NCBI GenBank assembly: GCA_965112155.1
Contig: OZ218103.1
Length of the DNA stretch: 64,000 bases
From: Podarcis liolepis
Lineage: Eukaryota
Reading direction: 5' to 3' (one strand)
The notes beneath the pieces were generated by a model. That model did not search any database, had not been told where the DNA came from, and saw only the letters and a list, made by a program, of their open reading frames with translations. Of the stretch, positions 23,743 through 33,953 are shown one piece after another; within the stretch, counting starts at the first letter, position 1; each line of letters begins with the position of its first letter. The position numbers and the translations under genes were made by a program.

Positions 23743-26488
23743 AGCTATGTTAGGCACCTACACTGTGACCATGTGAACAGCGTGTACCTGTGAGGTGTAC
23801 CTGTTTACTCAAACTTTTTAGGTTTTAAACAACTGAGTGATTTAGCTCTCTTCTCCTTTTTAGTTGTCTTTGTTGGTGTTAGAACATATTTTTTGTTTTA
23901 CTGCTTTTTAAAAATAAAAGAGGGCTTGGAAGTGTGACAGGCGTGAATATTCTTACCTGTATTGGTTCATTGTCTTACTCTGGCAATCAGGAAGTTGTGT
24001 ACTAGTCTGCTCCCTGCCAGTCTCATTGGTGGTTCAGGGAGAAAGTCCCACCTACTTGCCCCTCTGCAAACTTGCGCTCTTCTTCCAGTCACGTGGCCTT
24101 GATTCATATATTGGTGTGTTGCCCTTTTATTTATTTTTCTCTTTCTGCACAGTTCATGCATTTACTGGTTGTTTATAGCGAGGACAAAGGCTCAGAGTCC
24201 CTAAATCAAAAGTGATGCTGGCATAATTATAAGCACAAGCTGGCGTTGCAAAGAGGGCTGCAGGGAGAGGTTGTCAGAAGACGGGAGAATCCAAGATATA
24301 TTAACCTCAAAAATTCCAGCTAATCACTTCTTCAATGTGAGCAATCCATTTTTTGAGATATGATTATTTGGGGACTTTAGTAATAATAAATAATTCTAAT
24401 AGATTACAAAGAGGAAGGGCCTGACACTACATGCTTTTCAAGAATCCTTCCATTGCACTTGCTTAATAATGAACTTTCTCCGGTGTTGCAGTGGGGTGCC
24501 AAGGGAAGCACTTTATTGCCTAGTGGAAAACAGCAGGTTGTGATTGTCCACCTTTAATCTAACGTGGCTCCTGAAGGCTTTCAATCTGCCATAAGTCCCA
24601 GCATGCAGTGTTGCCATTTTGAGCTGAGATGTGTTGCAAGATACAGATATGTAGCCTGCAGATTCCATCTAGGTGGCTAATGGCCACCAGCATTTTTTGG
24701 TAGCATCTTTGTCAAACTGATTCAGCCCTGTGCCTCATCCCAATGTTTTGTTTCCAGCACTATCCAGTCAAAGAGCAATGCTAAACAGCTGGATTATTGC
24801 ATTAATATGCCCCCATTAAAGATCCATGTAAGACTTGTCTGGGAAGGAAATGGAGAAGTGTGCGTAGGAACAAAACTGCACATGCTACTAATATCAACTT
24901 CATACTTGGTTTTACATCAGCCTTCAGTACATGTACCAACATGTGACTATTGACATCCCCCGTTTTGCTCATAAATTGATACAAGCATCCTTTTGAAGCA
25001 GAAAGGGTTAATTGACAGAGTTGGGAATGAAGCTGTATCTCTTTTTATCCAGTGTAGCGGGATCTCTGCTGAAGGGCTGATGCGGAATGTGGACTCTTAA
25101 TGCAGGGAAACGTCCTTCCTGCACATTATTATAACTTGGGACTCCTGGATTAGAGGAACTTTAGTGAGCTCTGTCACAGGACTGTCATGTCAGAAAGGCA
25201 CTTCTGTTAGAGGTGTTGGGTTACCCAGATCTCTTTGTGGGCAAATAGAGCTGAATCTCACTCCTGAACCTGGTCTCTGAAGCAAGCAGAAAAGAGCATA
25301 GAACATCAACAGTTTTAGTCACAGGTCCTGCTTGAGGGAAACACCACACATAGCCAGGGGAATAGGTCCCTGTGGTAGCCAAAACCAGCACCGTTTATCA
25401 GAGTCCTGTATTTTGTAGCCTTAGAGTTCTGTCAAACTTGATTGCACCAAAAATCTTGCAGGATTTAAGAATGCCTGCTCTTCTTAGCTGCCTGTGCTTT
25501 TGGCTGCCGAGGTGAGTGGAGCACTGGGCCTTCCCCTGTCGTTGAGACAGCCAGGCTAACGGAGCCTACCTAACAGATTATCAGTGCCCTGTGAGTAATA
25601 GACTCCTCATTTAGTTTTAATACATTTTGCATAGAGAGCAATCAACCTTCATCAGTCTTAAAGATGAATTGGCTTAGCCAGCTAAATTTTAAAGATATTA
25701 GTTCGACAGCAGCCGCATAAATCATAACGTTTTCTTAATGACGGTAAAATTAAAATATACTCTTGCTTGAAGAAGCCAATGGAGCTTTCATGTTCACAGG
25801 CCAAATCCTCCCCCAAAATTAAAGGAAAGCTTAATTGATGTTCTCTAAAGCCGAGTAAACTCAAAACAGTCCCGCTTCTCCTGAGTTGGCCTCGTATTTC
25901 TTCTGCGGTCTATTGGTAGATCTAAATCCATCCAGACTGCTTCTGTCCCTTCCTATTCTTGAAGCTGCCAATATATCAGGCCAAAACATAGCAAGGCAAT
26001 AATCCTGGCTGTTTAAAGACTCTGGGTCCAGCTGTCAGCCCTTCCTCGCTTGTCATTGATGGAGCTCTGATTGACACATGAAGGAGATCCTCCTTATTTC
26101 CTTCTGCTAGTATATAGAAGACAGCATATCTGGAGCTGCGATTAGCAGGGAGGAGTGAGCTAGAAACCTAACAAAGCTCTTTCAGATAGGAAAGGTGCTT
26201 ATTCTGAATGGAAAGCATCACATGGCTTCCCCCCAGATCTCAGCCATACAAGTGTTGTTCTACTGGCTAGAAAACCTATATAGTGAGGTGGTAGATTTTC
26301 TAAGGATACATGAAGAGCCTCAAAACAGGATGTGATGAAATAGTGTTGCCTTGTGAGGAGATGCTGTTCTCTTAAGCAGGGTACCATGTGTTAAGAATCT
26401 AATCTTCCATGTTTTATTGTTGACCCTTGTTGGCATCTTCAGAATCCCATTAGACATCTCATTCTGGCTACTTCCACACACTCTAAGG

Positions 26489-26612
26489 CAGGGTTTCCCA
26501 AACTTGTTGTTGGACTACAACTCCCGTCATCCCTAGCTAGCAGGACCAGTGGTCAGGGGTGATGGGAATTGTAGTCCAAAAGCAGCTTGAGGCCCAAGTT
26601 TAGGAAACCCTG
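26489..26612. mobile_element. hAT-type palindromic MITE with perfect 8-bp TSD
   Basis: TIRs CAGGGTTTCCCAAACTT / AAGTTTAGGAAACCCTG, TSD ctctaagg at 26481-26488 and 26613-26620. Internal inverted repeat ggactacaactccc…gggaattgtagtcc. Confidence 0.92.
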
Positions 26613-28184
26613 CTCTAAGGGAACCTCTGCCTGCCCTTTGCAGATTTGTGAATTCTTCACAATCCCCGTTTCTGGCCTGAAGTTCTGAGAACCTACTGCA
26701 AAGGGATGGGCACTATGGGGAGTAGTAATGACTAAGAGAAGGCAAAAATTATTGTTTCCTCATGAAAATTCTGATAGTGCCTACCTGAAACCAGGCCTCT
26801 GATTGGCTTACCTTGGCAGCCAGTATAAATCTGTTTCCCTCTCACCACTGCAGTTGATCCCTTCACTTGTAGGTGAGGTTGATTTATGTGATTATCTGTG
26901 CTGCATCTTTCCTGATTTTAGGCTGATTGTTTTTCACAAGATGGTTGTAACCATGCTGTGATTGTCCATGAGGTTGGCAGCCTTGGTGGTGTGTCCCAGC
27001 AGTATTTGTCAATGCAGAGAGACGCTTTACATGATATAATCCTCCTGTGAGTTGGTAATGCGAATCTGCTCTAAATTATCTAACTGGTCAGAGGCTGGAA
27101 GCAACTGGGAAGTTTTTCCAGTTTCCTGCTCCCAGTATCTTCATGACTTGGAAGTGGCCCTTTGAGAGAGGCTGATACCTATATTTCCTATTGAAAAATC
27201 AAGGAGCACCGACCTGATACTAGAAACTGAGCAGTGGTGCAGGGATCAACTTTCTGCTTGTGTCAGAAAAGGGCAAAGGGCAGAAATGGAAAGAGGCAGG
27301 TATCCAAAGTTGATGCCCTTCCAGGTAGTCCTTGTTATACTTGGGTATTTGGAAGCCCAAAGGGTGTGTTTGAAGGCCATAAGCTTGGCTAGTTTTCCCT
27401 GCATGCTCAAGTCCCCTTTTCCCACTTGAAATTGTGCTTGAGTTCTTTGTACTTTTCCTTAGCTGCTTGTTCTGAGTTGCTCCTGCCTGTAGGGTTGTAG
27501 TGAGGGTGGTTTGGGTTATTTTTTTAGCTAAGTGTGATCTCATGCCCAGCTTGGGTTCCCTGCCCCTGCCTAATACTTCCCTGCTCCCCATACCCCCCTC
27601 AGCTCCACTGTGAATGTGTGTTCACACTTCTGCCAATTGAGTTAGTGTGTGTGCTCTTTGTGCCTCTTTGCGTCTTTTGTTAGAAAACTGGCTCTGTAAA
27701 TGAATCCCACGGCTCTGGGCTCGGCAGGTAAAGGGAGAAGGAAGTCTGTTAGTGCACGAGTCTAATCAGGCTGGCAAGAGCAAGTAAAGTAGGGCAGCAT
27801 CGCACATTAGCTGCTGTGTAATTGAGCTCTTTGATGGGCAGGGCACTGCGGGAGAGGGTTCGAAGCGGAGCAGAACTTTTGTTGTTAATTCAGTTGCACA
27901 TGGAAGCTGTAAAGCTGTGCATCTCCGCATCTTGGCACCGGGAGGAACTGAAAAGCCCTTGCGACCAGGCTTTTCAGTCCCTGCCCTTGGCCCTCGTCTG
28001 CAAACTTTCAGGCCTTCTTTCTGCCTCCCTCTCCCAGCACTTGATTTCCCTTTTCTCTCTTTCTTTCTTTGGCTCGCTTTTTTCCCCATGCACTATAAAA
28101 AGCAAAGCTCCCTTGCCGTTTGAACTAGGCGGCTGTGAGTGAGGGCTAGCTCAGAGCTGTGTGGCTGTTACCTTTGTATTCCAG

Positions 28185-28257
28185 ATGAAACTGCCGAGCT
28201 CCGTGGGACAGAAGAAGATTAAAGCCTTGGAGCAGATGCTGATGGAACTCGGAGTAG
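28185..28257 (+). CDS. DMAP1: DMAP1 coding exon 8 (MKLPSSVGQKKIKALEQMLMELGV)
   Basis: attccag acceptor, G|gtgagt donor. 73 nt, ends in phase 1. Confidence 0.96.
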
Positions 28258-28899
28258 GTGAGTAAAGAGGGCAGGTAGAGAGAGAGAGAGACCCATGGAG
28301 CAAAGCCTTTGTAGTCGAGAGGGGCTATTTTTTCCCCCAAGTAATACAGCCAGTTCCTTGAATAACACTATGTGAATGGGTTTGAAAATAAGATCTTATG
28401 TGTTTTGTTAAAAAAAAAGAAGCAGCAGCAGAGGGGTAAAAGCCAGAAGATGATGCACAAGAATATCCCCCCTCAAAAAATTCCTCCCAGTCGAAAAGTA
28501 TTTGAACAGAGTCTTTTGTCTCTTTCTCTCTTGTTTGGGTTCTTTAAGCCATCGAGAGTGACAGCCCAGTATTAAGGAGGCAAATCTCTTCGTGCAGGGA
28601 GAGGTACTGTGAAAGGGGTTAGTGGCCATTGTCTGTGAGACTCTGACTGGCTTTTGTGCTTCCTTGTTGCTCCTCTTCTGGATGGGTCCCACGCGACCTG
28701 TGTGGGGATATGCCTGGCCTGCACTTTTTGGCTAAGGGGCAAAATACAACCCCCCTCTAGCCTCTCCTGGGTAGGGGAGGCAGTGGACTCCCTGGATTCA
28801 GTGAGTACAGTAATGCTTGGCTTCAGTGGCTTGCTCAGGTTGTGTACTAACGGGGTTGCACAACTGATGCCTTCCCTTGAAGAGGAGCTTCTTCTAGAC

Positions 28900-29030
28900 C
28901 ATCCCAAACTTGGGTCTCCAGCTGATTTGGGACTACAACGCCCATCATCCCTAGCTAGCAAGACCAATGGTCAGGGACGATGGGAACTGTAGTCCAAAAA
29001 CAGCTGGAGACCCAAGGTTGCAAAATACTG
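28900..29030. mobile_element. Second copy of the same hAT MITE family
   Basis: Same core (ggactacaa…catcatccctagctagca…ggtcaggg…gatgggaactgtagtcc), TSD ttctagac / atctagac. Confidence 0.88.
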
Positions 29031-29274
29031 ATCTAGACTGTCCTCACATCCCTGGCTTGGCACTGCAGTGAAGGCTTGGCTGGCAGTGAGTCTGATGCAG
29101 GCAAAACTTCCCAGTTGTGCTACATCTGGGGCAATAAAGGACTTCGACTTTTTAATGCTTTCTGCTTTAGCCAGTATGGACTGAACGAAGACCTACAGAG
29201 GAGCATTGGAGCAGTCTGCAGCTGGCAAGTGACAGAGTTCCCTTGCTTAACTTTCTTCCTTTCGCCTCCTCCAG

Positions 29275-29558
29275 ACCTGAGTCCAATGCCGACAGAGGAG
29301 ATTGTCCAGATGTTCAACGAGTTGCGCAGTGATCTGGTGCTGCTATATGAGCTCAAGCAAGCATTCGCAAACTGTGAATATGAGCTGCAGATGTTGCGGC
29401 ATCGCTATGAGGCATTGGCCAAAGCGGGTAGCACAGGGCCCAGCACAGATGGTGGCTCACACGCAGATGGACAGTCAGGCTTGTGCACTGAAGAGAGCAA
29501 GGGTGACGCAAAGGAGCAGATCATTGATGTGGTGGGGGCTCCCCTCACGCCCAATTCG
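29275..29558 (+). CDS. DMAP1: DMAP1 coding exon 9 (LSPMPTEEIVQMFNELRSDLVLLYELKQA...IIDVVGAPLTPNS)
   Basis: cctccag acceptor, TCG|gtgagt donor. 284 nt, restores phase 0. Confidence 0.96.
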
Positions 29559-29637
29559 GTGAGTAGATATTGATGTTGGCATGCCCTTGCACCCCTTTAG
29601 GCCTGCTTGAAACACTATCACTGCAAAGGTCACTCAG

Positions 29638-29925
29638 GAATCATAGAATTGTAGAGTTGGAAGGGACCCTAAGGGCCATCTAGTCCAACCCCCTGCAATG
29701 AAGGACTCTGAACTAAAGCATGCATAGCAGATGGCCATCCAATCTCTGCTTTAAAACCTCAGAGAGTCCATCACATCTTGTGGGGGTCTGTTCCACGGTC
29801 GAACAGCTCTTCCTGTCAGAAAGTTCTTCCTGATGCTTAGTCAGAATATCCTTTCTTGTAACTTGAAGCCATTGGTTTAAGTGCTACCCTTCAGAGCAGG
29901 AGGAAACAAGCTTGCTCCATCTCCT
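29638..29925 (-). mobile_element. CR1 LINE 3' fragment
   Basis: aatcatagaattgtagagttggaagggacc…catctagtccaacccc is a CR1 3' tail (attctatgatt) in reverse. Confidence 0.85.
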
Positions 29926-30962
29926 CTCAGTAAAGGAGATCTTCTGTCTTTCCGCTCCATGGTTCTATGCCCAAGAAAGTTTTTTCCAGTGGAGTAAATG
30001 GGATTACTCCAATGACTTGTGCTTAACATGGATATGATCAGGTCATTAGTCAGCTGGCCACCAAACCCTTCTTGCTTCCTTGCATAATGGCTGTCCCAGT
30101 ATGTTGGCACAGCAGTGTGTCAGGATTTTTTTTTTTAATGACTTCTTTTTTTGAAATTCAAGTAACTTTCTCTGTAAGCTCTAAAGGTGACATGGAGTTT
30201 TGAGTAATCGCTCATTCTTAGAGGCTTCTCCTACTGAATGGGCTTCACCATACTATTGAGCCCCACATCTCTCTCATAAATTCTCACCTCCTTTGGGGGG
30301 CGGGGTCAGCAAGCCTCAGCAGCAGGCCAGTTCAGAATCCGTTTCTTCCTCTAGAGAGTTTTCACTGACTTGCGTCTGTTTGCAAAACATTGCACTTCTG
30401 TTTCCCTAGTGCTGCTCTTTTCCAACTCCATGCTTGGAATAGGAACAAAAAGAATGAAGGCAGCACCAGGAGGGTTAATGTGACCTGGGCTCTGACATAT
30501 TTGAAAGAAATATAATCAAGTTAATTCACTGCAAGGCAAATTTGGTACCTAAAGGGCCCCCCTGTTAAATACAGCTCTGACCTTTACCGGCTGGTTACAC
30601 AAAGACGACACAATTAGATTAGTCCAAGACAAAAGGTCAAGCGCATTCACACTGTGACCACTTTATGCTGTCTTTGGAGGGGAAAGAAATTCCACCCAGC
30701 AGGAGGGGGGCATCTCAGGGAGGTTCACTGTTGCTGCCAAGATGGAGGGGAGGGGCATAAGTATGTGGGGGAGTGGTGTCATTGGGGTGTGTGTGGAATG
30801 ACTTCTGCCAATCAGAGAAGCTGTCCCACTTTCGGTGGAGTGTGTGTCTCTCTCCCTGCCTTTCAGGGAGCTGATCCTGCTGCTGTGGGAGTTATTTGGG
30901 CATAGAACCATAGAACTATTCTGCTCCATGACTAAAGCATCCAGAGTATTTTTCCTACTGCT

Positions 30963-30963
<1 letters not shown>

Positions 30964-31000
<37 letters not shown>
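30964..31000. repeat. (GTATAT)6 hexanucleotide repeat
   Basis: Direct read. Confidence 0.95.
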
Positions 31001-31099
31001 ACACCACCTGAGTGAACAAGTGGACATTGGCTTAAACAGGTGGTCAGTGAGCGATAATTTTCTGCAATTCTCAGACGTGGGAGCCATTGTTGTTGTTGT

Positions 31100-31275
31100 G
31101 GCTAGATTATTGGGGTTGAACATGGGAAGCCTGGGTTCAAATCACTATTTGGCTATGAAGCTCAGTGAGTGACTTGGGCAAGGCAGCACCTCTCAGGCTG
31201 GTCTACCACATAGAATTGTTGCTAGGCTAAATTGTCATTCTGAGCTCGTGTGTGGAAAAGTGTAACAAATAAAAC
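31100..31275 (+). mobile_element. MIR-like/tRNA-derived SINE remnant
   Basis: B-box-like gggttcaaatc, core gtgacttgggcaag and an A-rich end. Confidence 0.55.
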
Positions 31276-33893
31276 ACTCTATAAATGCTCGCAGCTCCAG
31301 TAGTGTGGCCTTTCCCCAATCCATGATATGCAGAAAAGACAAGAGCACAGAACAAGGCCGGCACTCACACGCAGAATGAAGTCTATTAGGACTTTACCCT
31401 GGCAGCCAGGGTGATTCTGTAGACTAGAGAACACATAAAATATCATGCCTGTCTCCAACAGCTCTTGTTAAGTTGCCTGGCATGGAGCTACTATGTATGT
31501 GGAGAAACACATCTTGGCTTCACGTTTCACCATGTTCTCTGCATATTAAAAAGTGCCTTGTTCGGTATTTTCCAAAAGTTCTAGCTTTCAGTTTTCTGCT
31601 CCCTCTCCTGACAGCACCTCCTTCCCAGTAATGAATTTGGAACCCTCCCCACTGTATCCTGCATTAGCAACAAACCCACCCACCACATGCTCTCTCATCC
31701 CAAATAATATATACAGGCATTTGAACCACCTGTGAATGGCAACCAAATTGCTGGTCATTGGTGTGGACCTGAAAGACTACACAGGAACCTTAGAGGAGCA
31801 ATTGTTCCTTCCCCAAAGCTTCTTCAACATTTCCCTTGGGGTGCTAGCTCTGTTACAATGGAAAGTGGACTCTTTTTTGTAATTCTGTAGGAGAGATGGT
31901 CTAGCATTCAAGCATCTGCACGTGACACCACTAGGCTTTTAGTGCTACATTTCCCTCTCACCGCAGGCTGGAAAAAAATAGAAGAGAATATCCACCTTCA
32001 TAGGCTCAGCTTTTGGCCACCGGACTGCCAACCCAGTGCACCCCAGCCTTGATTAGTCTGCTGTGGGCATGTCATGATGCCCACTGCTGGCAGCCCACAG
32101 TGAAGGGAGCCTTCTCCCCACCCCCACCCCAGAGCATTGCTCTGCTGACCCAGGAGGGACGCTACTCTGGGCCTTTGCAGGGTGAAAGGTGAGTATAACT
32201 TGGGAACAAATTAGTTCCAAGCAGAAGTGCAGCCAGTTACTCCAGATTAGAGCCTTTGATTTGTGCGACTCAGACTCCACTCGCCCATCCATAATGAGTT
32301 GACTCTCCTCAGAATTCCTCACATCAGCGCACTTTGTTCCTGGGCTCACAAGTCAGCCCATTAATGGGGAAAGGAAAGGACCTTGCCTCTAAGAAGTCTC
32401 AGGTTCAGAGTCAGAATCATTTGACTTTTAAGCTGCCTTTATCTGAACTCCTGCCGGCTCCTTGTTTTCTGAGCCTGCTTGAAAGTGAGAAGTTACATTG
32501 TTAACATCAAATATCCTTCCTTCCAGATGGAGTTAGAAAGCTCGCTTGCGCGTCTATATAAATGTGTATCTGTATCATGATACGTGTGTGTTTTATAATA
32601 TATATTTTCTCATTTTAAAATCATTCCTTTCCATTAACAGGGAGCCAGGTTCCCAGGCTCTTGTAAATTACAATGTAGAACATTTTTTCTAACCAGACAC
32701 TTTCCGTTTTTGCCCACGGCGACGGGCAGAGCCAAGCTAGGGAAGGTGATTAATATGAATTTGTGACATATTTGAAAGATGGCTCTTTTGCCATATAAAG
32801 ATTATCAAACACATGCGCTCATCCCCATTAATTCGGCAGCCTCCCTGGGAAGCTCTCGGGCCCCCACTCCTTTGTTTCCAGGTTGGGCTGGCTGCTTTAA
32901 ATGTACCTTTGCTCCTAATTTCCCCAAATTCTAGGTATTGTTTTTCACAGGGTGCCAGTTAACGAAGTGGTGCGCTTTCCCCACTAATCAAAGCCACTGA
33001 AGGCATGCATTTTCTGCCATGGAGATAGTTGCATCCCCAAGAAGTGGGGGGGGGGGCTTCATTATTAATACAGGCTCTCAATCCTTTATGCCTGGAACAT
33101 TTTAAACAAGGAAAGGTGGTGGATGGCAGCCTGTGGTTCCCAAGAGGGCTCATTTTAATTTCTTTCCTCCATTCACCGTGGACCTGGGAAAGGAGGTGGT
33201 GGTGGGTTGGGTTTTTTTGTTTGTTTGTTTAAATGCCTTTCACTTCCTGCATTGTCCTTAAACTGCCAATGTTGCTTGATAATTTCGGTGGATCATTTCC
33301 CTTTTCTCTGCATTGCACTCTCTCTCCAAGTTGATCTGTTGAGGAAACTTCAGGCACATTTAGTACAATTTGCAGGCATCCCAACTCTTTGCTAAGTTTT
33401 CACTGTGTGCCCTTGGGAGGGGCCTGTGACTGATTTAGGGTTCATGCATCAGCCAGTGGAATCTGCTAATCCCGTTAAATGCTAATCCACAAGCTTCAGG
33501 CAGGCTTGTGGTTACCTCTACTCCTTCCCTTTATGTGTCAAACCTAGAAATACTGGCTCCGGAAAGGTCTGCCCCATACCAGGGGGTTTGTATTGGAACT
33601 TTCATTCTCTTTCCATCCCTTCCTTAGTTTTGTCACTAGAGTCATTTATAAGACCATTTTATGGTGAAAAAACAAGCTTACTGTTGTGCCTCAAAGTTCC
33701 TCCAGGGCTTTTAAGTACCAGGCCTGGTTCAGAGTCTTCTCGGGTGTTGTGTGGTGGTTTTCTTCCTGAATTCCTTGTCTGGACACACCCAATACCTTGG
33801 GTTCTAGAAAAGGGTTTGTGTTGCATCTAGCACTGAGCTCCGGATGTTCTGACCTCGTTAACACCTGTCTTTCATTTCTGCTTCTTGGAACAG

Positions 33894-33953
33894 AGAAAGC
33901 GCAGGGAATCTGCTTCCAGTTCATCGTCTGTCAAAAAAGTGAAGAAGCCATGA
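33894..33953 (+). CDS. DMAP1: DMAP1 last coding exon (RKRRESASSSSSVKKVKKP*)
   Basis: aacag acceptor after a pyrimidine tract. Matches the DMAP1 basic C-terminus. TGA at 33951-33953; total CDS 1392 nt = 463 aa + stop. Confidence 0.95.
   Translation, partial: RKRRESASSSSSVKKVKKP

Noticed and set aside
27822-28142. Overlapping ~100-aa ORFs upstream of DMAP1 exon 8
   Set aside because: No homology to DMAP1 or known proteins. They are better explained as regulatory or intronic sequence near the candidate poison exon.
30663-31123. YT- and HI-repeat ORFs
   Set aside because: Translations of the (GTATAT)n repeat.
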